64,000 nucleotides of DNA, taken from Candidatus Nitronauta litoralis. Lineage in GTDB: Bacteria > Nitrospinota > Nitrospinia > Nitrospinales > Nitrospinaceae. A program made the position numbers and the translations under genes. The stretch is from positions 3,472,060 through 3,536,059 of the forward strand of contig CP048685.1 in NCBI GenBank assembly GCA_015698285.1, in the 5' to 3' direction. Shown in pieces: positions 29,530 to 38,152 of this stretch. The notes beneath the pieces were generated by a model. It worked only from the letters and a program-made list of their open reading frames with translations. It was not told the DNA's origin and did no database searches. Each line of letters opens with the position of its first letter. The first letter of the stretch is position 1.

Positions 29530-29844
29530 ATTTTTGTCTCGCTCGTAAAAAATGAGGTTCAATTTTAGACTCTATTTCAGGTGCACCTTTCCAGCATTAC
29601 AATTTCCACCCGAAACCCACCTAAAACCATTTAAAATCCCCAAAGGCAAAACACTCGGGAAACCAAAATCAGATAATTTTTGCTTCTTCGCAGTTTATTT
29701 TAATTAAATTTCACCGTATAATTCCAAATCCAGCCCAAACGAGGCTACTTCGTATTTATTCAAAACTGCGGATTTCCTGGCTCCTGTGCTTAATTTTTTC
29801 GCAGACGGGATCATTTCCGCTGGGAATTTTTAAGAGGAAAACTA

Positions 29845-30129
29845 ATGGTTACTGTTGGAATGAACTACAAAGTATTACCAGGAAAAGAAGAAACGTTTGA
29901 AGGAGCTTTTAAGAAAGTTGTCGAATTAATGCGTTCCATGGAAGGCCACACCAACACCAATATGTATCGGGACATCACCGATGCGCAAACCTACCTGATC
30001 GTGTCTGAGTGGGCTTCTGAGGAAGCTTACCGTGGCTTTATCAATTCGGAAAAATTTGCTGATGTGGTCGATTGGGGTAAAGAACACATTCTGGCGGGTC
30101 GTCCAAGCCACAATATGTACAAACAGTAG
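29845..30129 (+). CDS. antibiotic-biosynthesis-monooxygenase (ABM/Dabb) domain protein
   Basis: 94-aa ferredoxin-like ABM pattern (F...F......M....GH.....Y.D......YLIVSEW.S..AY..F). SD AAGAGGAAAA upstream. Confidence 0.65.
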   Translation: MVTVGMNYKVLPGKEETFEGAFKKVVELMRSMEGHTNTNMYRDITDAQTYLIVSEWASEEAYRGFINSEKFADVVDWGKEHILAGRPSHNMYKQ

Positions 30130-30357
30130 TCAGGCTTCAGCTTCATCGTTGTCCGGACCTGCAGTATACTCCAGCTCACCGTTAGTGATGGATCGCTTCA
30201 ACTTCTTGTAGAAATGCTCGGTATCGTGTGGAATATTGTCATCTACGCGCCACCTCACGGTGACCAGCTTGCCATCCGGATGGTTGATTATTTTGGTGAC
30301 CTCTCCGTTATTTTGGGAGAGGGGTTCGTATAAATGATCGCCTACCTGGATTTTCAT
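30130..30357 (-). CDS. hypothetical small protein
   Basis: 75-aa ORF with an acidic tail and no obvious SD. Its stop abuts the ABM gene stop with 0 nt between them. Confidence 0.35.
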   Translation of the reverse strand: MKIQVGDHLYEPLSQNNGEVTKIINHPDGKLVTVRWRVDDNIPHDTEHFYKKLKRSITNGELEYTAGPDNDEAEA

Positions 30358-30559
30358 AATCTAATTGTACAAGGCAAGTTAAAGATATTTGAATACTGTC
30401 CTGTAATTTAACTTAATTTTGCAGGAATTGAAAACAAAACCACTGGTAAATCTCTTCGCCTGTGGTTCAAAAGACATGCAAATGATTTTCAGGTTACGCT
30501 GCATCTGGTTTTAGCACGAACTCTTGAAAATCAGAAATAGAAACATGGGAGGTTATTCG

Positions 30560-30838
30560 ATGGCATACATTACCATGGCAGCAATGTACCCAACAATGAC
30601 ATCGGGCAAGGTTGATGAATTTCTGGTCAATATTGGTGATACCGTTAAAGATGGAACACCAATTGCGGAAATCGTTGCAGAAGGATATTACACTTTGTTA
30701 TCTGAATATTACGGTGTTGTGAAGGAAATTTATGTCGGGGAAGGGGAGTATGTCGAGGTCGACACACCAATACTGGAAGTCGAGGAAATTGAGCTCGCTG
30801 AGGGGGAAGATATCCCGAAGGAAGCTAACCGAGCATAG
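30560..30838 (+). CDS. stand-alone biotinyl/lipoyl-like (hybrid barrel) domain protein lacking the modifiable lysine
   Basis: GGGAGG SD before ATG 30560. G.V.EFLV..GD.V..G.PIAEI....Y..L.S...G.V.EI.V..G..V....PIL matches the lipoyl/biotinyl fold, but the hairpin reads VAEGYYTLL with no Lys. Confidence 0.5.
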   Translation: MAYITMAAMYPTMTSGKVDEFLVNIGDTVKDGTPIAEIVAEGYYTLLSEYYGVVKEIYVGEGEYVEVDTPILEVEEIELAEGEDIPKEANRA

Positions 30839-32174
30839 AAAAAATCACCCCTGAAGCAAGCATGTAAATTGTCAGACCCAGAATATCGTTGATTACGGTC
30901 ACAACGGGGCCTGTGCTGATCGCTGGATCAATTTCAAGTTTTATGAAAGCCAGCGGGGCAAGAGATCCAATAAATCCAGCAGCACATACTGCCAGCACAA
31001 TGCCGATACCAACCGAAGCACCTAGCAAGGTGGGTGCCCCAAGTAACGGTTGGGCCGCAAGGGCAATCAAAATCCCGCAAATGATACCAAACAGAGCCCC
31101 GTTGATAACCCCCACCATCACTTCACTGACCACCACAGTCTTCAGGTTATCATCTTTAATATCCCCGGTTGCAAGCCCACGAACAATTACGGTGGCTCCC
31201 TGAATTCCAACATTTCCCGCCAGCCCCAACACGAAGGGGACAAAAAACAATATGGTCGCAAACTCTGGAACCCTTAACTGAAATGACTTTAAAACAAAAG
31301 CACTGACAATTCCCCCGACAAATGTCGTGAGGAGCCAGGGAGCCCGGGCTCGAACCTTGCTGATGGTACTTTTGGCAAAAGGGTCAACTTTTGCGGTTCC
31401 CACCATAGTGAAAATATCTTCACTGGCTTCATCTTGCATCACTCGCAAGACATCATCAAAAGTTACGATCCCGTGGATAACATTATTGGAATCAAGGACA
31501 GGAAGGGTGCTCATGTGTTCATGATCCATCAGGTTAGCCACTTTTTCAAAGGGGTCCGTCAGGTCCACTGTTGGGAGATAGTCACGAATAATTTGATCAG
31601 CTCGGAAATTAGCCGGAGCGTGAAGCAAGTCTCTCATTTTGAAAAACCCCTTCAACTTACCGGTGTCATCAACCACAAAAAAATAGTGTCCACGGTCGAG
31701 TCCCGGTTCCCGGATAAGGCTCATCAGTAGATCACCAGCCAATTGGTCTCCAGATACCCGGTTGAAGTCGGGATTCATCATCCCACCGGCAGTCTCTTCC
31801 TTGTAGTGGATCAGATCCTTAATGATCCGGGCGTCTTCCTGCGGCAATTTATCCAGAATTTCCGCTTGCCCCGCCGGAGGATGTTCCTGAATGATATCAG
31901 CGGCCTCATCCGCCGGCATGGCCTCAATCAGTGGAACCAGTTCCTTAAGCCCCAGAGCCTTGGTTATTTCCTTACGGCTTTCAATATCTGTTTCATACAG
32001 AACATCCTGCTGTTTCTCCTCTGTATCCAGTAATTGAAAAATGGCCGTTTTTTGATCAGTGGGGAAGGCATGCAGGACCCTGGCAATCTCAAATTGGTCC
32101 ATTTCGTTGACCAGTTTTGAGGTTTCAGGGGAATCCGCAGACTCCAGAATGGATTTTAATTTGTTGACCGGCAT
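30825..32174 (-). CDS. mgtE: magnesium transporter MgtE
   Basis: N-terminal MgtE_N domain, tandem CBS domains, then a C-terminal 5-TM channel domain (GNVGIQGATVIVRGLATG). 449 aa. Confidence 0.9.
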   Translation of the reverse strand: MPVNKLKSILESADSPETSKLVNEMDQFEIARVLHAFPTDQKTAIFQLLDTEEKQQDVLYETDIESRKEITKALGLKELVPLIEAMPADEAADIIQEHPPAGQAEILDKLPQEDARIIKDLIHYKEETAGGMMNPDFNRVSGDQLAGDLLMSLIREPGLDRGHYFFVVDDTGKLKGFFKMRDLLHAPANFRADQIIRDYLPTVDLTDPFEKVANLMDHEHMSTLPVLDSNNVIHGIVTFDDVLRVMQDEASEDIFTMVGTAKVDPFAKSTISKVRARAPWLLTTFVGGIVSAFVLKSFQLRVPEFATILFFVPFVLGLAGNVGIQGATVIVRGLATGDIKDDNLKTVVVSEVMVGVINGALFGIICGILIALAAQPLLGAPTLLGASVGIGIVLAVCAAGFIGSLAPLAFIKLEIDPAISTGPVVTVINDILGLTIYMLASGVIFSMLG

Positions 32175-32235
32175 GATTTTGTTATATTAACACTGCTGTT
32201 ATAAAAGGAAAATCAAGACTTTCTCACGAGGCGTT

Positions 32236-32481
32236 ATGACCATTTCAATGAACTATAGAGAACTGCGGAAACTTAAGGCCGACCGAAAAATTAAAATTAA
32301 CAGTTCACGCAAAAAACGGACAACACTCCTGTCAGAAAAATCCAAAGGTAAAATGTTTAAGAAGTTTGACAAGGAACACGAACCGGAATCAACCAACTCA
32401 AACGATGTCAACATTGATGTTCATGTGAAAATGAACGACTCATACATGCGAACCGGCCTCTACGTTCCCAAGAAAAAGTAA
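32236..32481 (+). CDS. hypothetical lysine-rich small protein
   Basis: 81-aa ORF with a GAGG SD 5 nt upstream. Low complexity and no family recognised. Confidence 0.3.
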   Translation: MTISMNYRELRKLKADRKIKINSSRKKRTTLLSEKSKGKMFKKFDKEHEPESTNSNDVNIDVHVKMNDSYMRTGLYVPKKK

Positions 32482-32579
32482 CGCGTAAATAAACACAATA
32501 GGCGATACAAGGTCACTCACAATACCTTGAAATAGTTTTTGCTGAATTGGAAATCCTGTCTGCCAGGATAATAATAAGG

Positions 32580-34316
32580 TCAGGCTTTGGGAACTGGTTT
32601 TGGAGCAGGTTCCCTCGTTTCAGGTGGGGATTCTTCGGCGACTTCATCAGGTTCAAATTTTTCTTTATACTTTTCATATATTTTATTTTCGATAAAAAAC
32701 TCGACCAGCCCTTGATCAAGCTCCTCGTGTTCCGCCATCGTTCTCAGAATCCGATAAACATTACTTAATGGCATGGCTTTTTTGTATGGCCGGTCAATTG
32801 CAGTGAGTGCTTCCGCGATATCAGTCACAGCCATCATCTTTCCTTCAAAGGGGATATTTTCTCCCGAAAGACCAAGCGGATAACCTTTCCCATTAATACA
32901 TTCATGATGAGCCCCGGCAAAGTGGGGAAGGTTACGCAATTTTTTGGTGAAGGGAATCTGACTGAGCATGTCCAGTGTAATCTTTGCGTGATTCTTCATC
33001 ACCTGTCTCTCGCCTTCTGTAATGCTGCCTTTGCGGATAGAAAGGTTTTCCAACTCATCGTCAGTTAAAAGATTGTGGACGGTTCCATCCAATCCCATAA
33101 AGCTCATTTCGCGTATACTTCTGAGTCGTTCCACCCGCTCATCATCCAAAAACTCTCGAGGTTCATTGCAGAATTGGATGAACTTTCTGATTTCACGTAA
33201 TTCGTTAGCCTTGCTATCGCCTTCTTCTTCGGCCTTTTTGATTTCTTCCTCAGATGCCCCCGCGTTTTTAAGATTGAGCATGGCCTGAAGTTTTTCAGTA
33301 AGGGCGCAATGAATTGCGTACTCCAGACGAAGGTCGACATGGTGGATGCGATCAAAAATGGTTTGAAGCTTTTTACTCTTTTCAATAATTTCGACCGGTG
33401 TGGTGACCTTCCCTATATCATGCATCCACCCGGCAACTTTTATTTCATATAATTGCTCCGGGGTATATCGGATATTTTTAAAAGGGCCTTCATTGATCTT
33501 ATGAATTTCTTCAGCCATTAATACGGTGAGGTTAGCCACTCTGCGAATGTGCCCGCCTGTTACAGGAGATTTTTCATCAATAGCTGTTGCCATCACCTGA
33601 ACAAAGGATTCGAACAAGCGCTCCATGTCCGAAATGAGCTTTACGTTTGTGATTGCGATAGCCGCCTGCGAGGCTAGAGACTCGGTAAGACTTTCAAAAT
33701 CAGGTGAAAAAGCGTGCACCTCCTGGGTACGCTTACAACACGAGTTCAATAGTTGAAGCACGCCAATAATATCGTTTTCATGGTTGCGCATGGGAACAAC
33801 CAGCATGGATTTCGAACGGTACCCGTACTGGGCATCAAAGTTTTTGGGACCAGTAAAATCAAAAAGGTTTGTGTCGTAAACATCAGGGATATTGACTGGA
33901 ATACCGTGGAGTGCGACGAAGGCCGACACATTAGACTCTTTCATTTCGACCGGATCAAACTCTATCGCATCCCCGGTTTGCCCACCCAAACGGATGTTCA
34001 GACTGTCATTTTGTACGATTTTGAAGCGGAGCTTGTTGTCTTCTACAATATATAGAGTGCCAGCGTCGGCTTGGGTAAATTGTCGCGCCTGATCCACAAT
34101 GGTCTCGAGCAGGGCATTGAGATCGTTAACCCCGGAAAGGGCACGACCAATATCTGTGAGCTTTTTAATCTGCTCCCTGAGATGGTCTGCATAACTGGTA
34201 ACCTCACCTACAATATTATTTAAAACCGTATTGAGGTTTTCGTCTTTTGAGAAATTTTTATCCAGAGGGGCCCCCGAAAAATGTCGCCCTGTGTCATCCA
34301 TACCTTCGCCCTGCAA
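32580..34316 (-). CDS. GAF-domain HD-GYP phosphodiesterase (cyclic-di-GMP signalling)
   Basis: GAF module at about aa 50-228. HD motif WMHDIGK and HHECINGKGYP (GYP motif). An alternative ATG at 34301 is preceded by GAAGG. Confidence 0.85.
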   Translation of the reverse strand: MQGEGMDDTGRHFSGAPLDKNFSKDENLNTVLNNIVGEVTSYADHLREQIKKLTDIGRALSGVNDLNALLETIVDQARQFTQADAGTLYIVEDNKLRFKIVQNDSLNIRLGGQTGDAIEFDPVEMKESNVSAFVALHGIPVNIPDVYDTNLFDFTGPKNFDAQYGYRSKSMLVVPMRNHENDIIGVLQLLNSCCKRTQEVHAFSPDFESLTESLASQAAIAITNVKLISDMERLFESFVQVMATAIDEKSPVTGGHIRRVANLTVLMAEEIHKINEGPFKNIRYTPEQLYEIKVAGWMHDIGKVTTPVEIIEKSKKLQTIFDRIHHVDLRLEYAIHCALTEKLQAMLNLKNAGASEEEIKKAEEEGDSKANELREIRKFIQFCNEPREFLDDERVERLRSIREMSFMGLDGTVHNLLTDDELENLSIRKGSITEGERQVMKNHAKITLDMLSQIPFTKKLRNLPHFAGAHHECINGKGYPLGLSGENIPFEGKMMAVTDIAEALTAIDRPYKKAMPLSNVYRILRTMAEHEELDQGLVEFFIENKIYEKYKEKFEPDEVAEESPPETREPAPKPVPKA

Positions 34317-34441
34317 ACGTGTAACAAATATAAATAACTGAATTTAGAATTATTATCAGGGAAATCCTTCGCAAAATCAAACCAACCAGCGGCCTGCATG
34401 GGGAACGGGATTTTAACGATTGATTTTTTTTCCTTACCTGA

Positions 34442-35236
34442 TCAATCAAGAAGTTGCGGTTCGGAGCTCAACCAGATTTTGGACCCGCAAACATTCACAA
34501 AATCAGGACTATCAGATTTAAACAATTTCAAATGAGCGTCCATCAGGTTTTCCGGAAGGGTAGGACTGTCTCCAAATAATTCCTTTTCTTCAGCAACAAT
34601 TCCCTTGATGAAGTTATCGACACCCTCGCTGGTCGTCACGTCTTCAAAATAGGATTGGATCAATGGATCCGCCATTGCCTTTTTGTCCCGAAAAGTCTTG
34701 CGCAAAAGAAGTTTGATACCGCGAGAAGAAAATGACTCGAACAAACCGGCGCGAATACAAGCGTGCCTGGACTTCCCTTTCTCCAGGGTCCATTTTTCAA
34801 TTGCTTCCTTCGAATAACCCATAGCACCATAACTACCAAGTTGGTGCCGTGTTTTATAAAATGTCGAATAGGCCACTATAGTGCCCGCATCAAACCTTTC
34901 TTCGAGATGCAAAAGAGGATTAAACGAAAGTTGGTTGGATTGGTCAATCTGCTCCTGAGTGGAATCTTTTATAGGGAATCCAACCGCACCCAAAGCTGTT
35001 GCATAAAATAAATAATCGAATTGTTTTCCGGCCGCAGCCTCAATCTTTGACAGGCAATCCTCCGAGGTAATATCACCAAAAATAGTCACATCAGCTCCAT
35101 CTATGGATTCATCCGAAGGAGTTTTCGCAAACCAGTTGGCAATAATTCTGGCATCATTCCCGAAATGTTCCCGAAAAGCCTGCAGGGCAGCAGTTCCCAT
35201 TACCCCACTACCTCCCACTATCACGCATGTTGTCAT
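34442..35236 (-). CDS. NAD(P)-binding Rossmann protein, FabI-like (Y-x6-K) putative enoyl reductase
   Basis: N-terminal VIVGGSGVMG dinucleotide loop. SYGAMGYSKEAIE resembles the E. coli FabI active-site stretch [13 protein letters not shown] (recalled from memory, Tyr-x6-Lys). Confidence 0.45.
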   Translation of the reverse strand: MTTCVIVGGSGVMGTAALQAFREHFGNDARIIANWFAKTPSDESIDGADVTIFGDITSEDCLSKIEAAAGKQFDYLFYATALGAVGFPIKDSTQEQIDQSNQLSFNPLLHLEERFDAGTIVAYSTFYKTRHQLGSYGAMGYSKEAIEKWTLEKGKSRHACIRAGLFESFSSRGIKLLLRKTFRDKKAMADPLIQSYFEDVTTSEGVDNFIKGIVAEEKELFGDSPTLPENLMDAHLKLFKSDSPDFVNVCGSKIWLSSEPQLLD

Positions 35237-35291
35237 TTACCGCTCCTGTCTATCGTTGCAAATTACCCCTGACCCTTTGAATTAAATTGGA

Positions 35292-35975
35292 TCAGGAACC
35301 CCCATAGTTTTCGTCAATATCCCAATAGGGTACCTGGGCATTCTCAAAGGCAGCCTTTGAATGGTTTGGATCCGATTCCAAAAAAGAATCGACATCCACT
35401 ATCAAATTATTAGCTTCTTGCAGTGACGCTTCAGAGGTCATCCTTTTTAACTTATTTGTATAGGTCACATAACGGTCAAAATAATTTTTTGACAATTCTA
35501 TAGTATTTTGAATTGAAGCAGGATCCAGCTTGCGATTGTGATGTTCATTAAAAAAATATGTGTATTTAAACCAAAGGTCGACCTCTGATTTCGTTTTCCC
35601 GTGTTTATTAAATTCTGCCCTGACTTCTTTCTCGGTTTTGTTTTCCAGGAAGCCATTGATGTAAGTCGCAAGATCGCTGAATGGTATTCCATTTATTGCC
35701 TTGCAAAGATAGTGAAGTGAATTCAGGAGTTGCTCAAGCTTTGAATCAACTTTTAAAGCGGTTGCCGATTCTTTTCTTAGTCCCGGCCTCCCTTCAAACT
35801 CAGCCCAGACTCCACCATCCTCAGTAACAGCAAGCAACTGCTTTTCTAGAGGCATAATATTCTTTAAACATTCTTTTTCCTGGTTCGCCGCCTTTAACAA
35901 CTCCGGGTTGGCAAGCACGAAAAGGGACAAAATCAACAAAACCCTGTTTTCTTTAAAAAAAGATTTAAAGGCCAT
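35292..35975 (-). CDS. hypothetical secreted protein
   Basis: Signal peptide MAFKSFFKENRVLLILSLFVLANPELLKA. No family recognised. Same strand as the FabI-like gene and 55 nt upstream of it. Confidence 0.5.
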   Translation of the reverse strand: MAFKSFFKENRVLLILSLFVLANPELLKAANQEKECLKNIMPLEKQLLAVTEDGGVWAEFEGRPGLRKESATALKVDSKLEQLLNSLHYLCKAINGIPFSDLATYINGFLENKTEKEVRAEFNKHGKTKSEVDLWFKYTYFFNEHHNRKLDPASIQNTIELSKNYFDRYVTYTNKLKRMTSEASLQEANNLIVDVDSFLESDPNHSKAAFENAQVPYWDIDENYGGS

Positions 35976-36154
35976 AGCTTTAGGGCATGAAAGGATTTAG
36001 AACCACACCTAGATTAAGCTTTTACAGTCTCACTTATATTAAGTCAACGCTAAATAAAATGCAGCCAAGCCTCTTATTTTGGCAAAGAATAACAAAATGT
36101 TAAACTTTGCAAATAAGTTTAATTACAGCGTTAATGTTTCATATGGAGAAAACA

Positions 36155-36706
36155 ATGGCAAAAAAGGTTTTAATCCCTTTAGCTCCAGGTTTTGAAGAAA
36201 TTGAAACCATCACAGTAGTGGATGTCCTCAGGAGGGCAGGTGCAAGGGTAATATTAGGAGGAACTGAAAGGGGCCCGATCAAGGGTTCGCGTGGCATTTT
36301 GGTAATGCCGGATGCCCCATTGGAAATCCAGTCACCTAAGGACTTTGATATGATCGTACTACCGGGAGGGCAACCGGGAACCACTAACCTGGAAAACAAT
36401 CCAGGACTGATTCATTTTCTTAAAACCATGAATCAGGAACAAAAACATATCGCCGCGATTTGTGCCGCTCCACTGGTCCTCCAAAAAGCAGGATTGATCA
36501 AAAATAAAAATATAACGTCTCACCCCTCGGTTGAAAAACAGCTAAAGGTCAAAGGGTATTTGGATGAACGGGTCGTGGTTGACGGCAATTTCACAACCAG
36601 TAGGGCCCCTGGAACTGCAATGGAATTTGCCCTGAAGCTGGTAGAATTATTGTACAACCCTGAAATGGTGGAAAAGGTAAATGCCGGGATGCTCGCTAGA
36701 ACCTGA
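36155..36706 (+). CDS. DJ-1/PfpI (YajL/ThiJ-like) family protein
   Basis: GGAG SD before ATG 36155. MAKKVLIPLAPGFEEIE..., nucleophile elbow AAICAAP, and VVVDGNFTTSRAPGTA. Confidence 0.85.
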   Translation: MAKKVLIPLAPGFEEIETITVVDVLRRAGARVILGGTERGPIKGSRGILVMPDAPLEIQSPKDFDMIVLPGGQPGTTNLENNPGLIHFLKTMNQEQKHIAAICAAPLVLQKAGLIKNKNITSHPSVEKQLKVKGYLDERVVVDGNFTTSRAPGTAMEFALKLVELLYNPEMVEKVNAGMLART

Positions 36707-36834
36707 TCCGCTATTTTGGGTATTTATCTAAAAAATAAATCCTATGCAAAATAAAATCATCAATATTAATAACGGGTTGTTCCGTTTGGGAGAAAATAAT
36801 TGAAAACCCAGCACTAACTGAACAAGAGGCCCCC

Positions 36835-37068
36835 ATGTACGTCAATATTTCAAGGAGCAAACATTTAATTAATAATCGCCGTTTTGCTAAAAAAAAGCAA
36901 AAAACCACACAATCCAGTCCAAAATGTAACCATTGCGGAGGTATGATAAGGGAAAACGGCGAAATTGAGGTTTGCTTGATGTGCGGACGTGAAATTAATC
37001 ATAGTTGCCCAAATTGCCAGTTTAAAATCCCCACCGAAGTAAAGCCGGAAGACAAAAAAAGCGCTTAA
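36835..37068 (+). CDS. small zinc-ribbon protein
   Basis: AAGAGG SD. Basic N-terminus, then CNHCGG...CLMCG...CPNCQ cysteine pairs. Confidence 0.45.
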   Translation: MYVNISRSKHLINNRRFAKKKQKTTQSSPKCNHCGGMIRENGEIEVCLMCGREINHSCPNCQFKIPTEVKPEDKKSA

Positions 37069-37110
37069 ATATAATGATTTAAACTGCTTTTGCTAATCCT
37101 CCTTCGCAAG

Positions 37111-37986
37111 TTAAAGCTGCAATTGGCCTTCTATGACAATTTGCGATTTTCCCCCGACCCTAATAGATCCGATCACCCCTCCATCCCGTTTTGCTTCAAC
37201 TCGAATTTCTGAAGCACGTCCCATCTCAACACCTTGCTCAATTGAAATGGAAATGGAATCCTTACCAAGGATTCCATAATGCAGCAGGTAAGCCCCCAAA
37301 GCCCCCGCAACACTTCCAGTGGCAGGATCTTCTGGAATCCCAATAAAAGGCGCAAAGCTCCTTGCATGGACCTGACAATCCTTATTTTCTGAAACAATAC
37401 AGAAAGGATACACAAGGTCCAGTGAGCGCAGAATTTTTTTCAAAGCATGAAGATTAAGTTCAATTTTTTTAACAGAATTTATGTCTTTGAGAGGAATCAT
37501 CAGGGCAGGAAAACCTGTACTTACTTCCTGGACAGGTAATGTAGCATGGAGGGATTCTAAAGGAAGGCCAAGAGCTTCGGCGGCTAAGGATGTTTCCGGA
37601 AGAGGGGAGGAAAATTCTGGCTCAGGTTGTTGCATAAAACAAAAGCCGTTTTCCCATTCAACAGGCACATTACCGACCCCCATATTGAAACACAATGAAG
37701 GCATGAAATCGCCCGCCAGATATTTCAAGACCTCGGCAGTCCCCAGAGTCGGGTGGCCGCCAAATGGAATTTCCTTTCCAGGAGTGAAAATACGGACGTC
37801 AAAATCAGCTTCCGGTTTGGTTGATGGAAATACGAACGTAGTCTCAGACAGGTTCATCTCAGCTGCAATTTTTTGCATTTGGTGTGAGTTCAACCCTTTA
37901 GCATCCGGAAATACCGCAAGCGGGTTTCCACTCAGAGGCTTATCGGTGAAGACATCGATTTGGAAGAATTGGAAGGAACGCCGCAT
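37111..37986 (-). CDS. PhzF-family isomerase/epimerase-like protein
   Basis: FQIDVFTDKPLSGNPLAV..., ETTF, and a two-domain DapF-like fold with GHPTLG. 291 aa. Confidence 0.85.
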   Translation of the reverse strand: MRRSFQFFQIDVFTDKPLSGNPLAVFPDAKGLNSHQMQKIAAEMNLSETTFVFPSTKPEADFDVRIFTPGKEIPFGGHPTLGTAEVLKYLAGDFMPSLCFNMGVGNVPVEWENGFCFMQQPEPEFSSPLPETSLAAEALGLPLESLHATLPVQEVSTGFPALMIPLKDINSVKKIELNLHALKKILRSLDLVYPFCIVSENKDCQVHARSFAPFIGIPEDPATGSVAGALGAYLLHYGILGKDSISISIEQGVEMGRASEIRVEAKRDGGVIGSIRVGGKSQIVIEGQLQL

Positions 37987-38152
37987 TCAGGAGTCTCGGG
38001 TCAAAACAGGGAAATCAAGGTTAGACTCTAATAAATCAAATACTTGTATATTACCCCAAAAGCCAAGTTCCCATAACATATATTATGTTAAATAATTATA
38101 ATGAGTGAAAAGAACCCAAACGATCCGGGTTTTAGGGGAAATTAATACAACC

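Noticed and set aside
29780-29800. TGGCTCCTGTGCTTAA upstream of the ABM gene, as a second sigma54 promoter
   Set aside because: The GG is present but the -12 TTGC element is not at the required spacing, since positions 14-15 read TA rather than GC.
33606-33615. GGATTCGAAC (reverse complement GTTCGAATCC), a tRNA T-loop-like motif
   Set aside because: It is embedded in the HD-GYP CDS. The flanking sequence cannot form acceptor, D or anticodon arms, so it is a chance match. No tRNA was recognised anywhere in the window.
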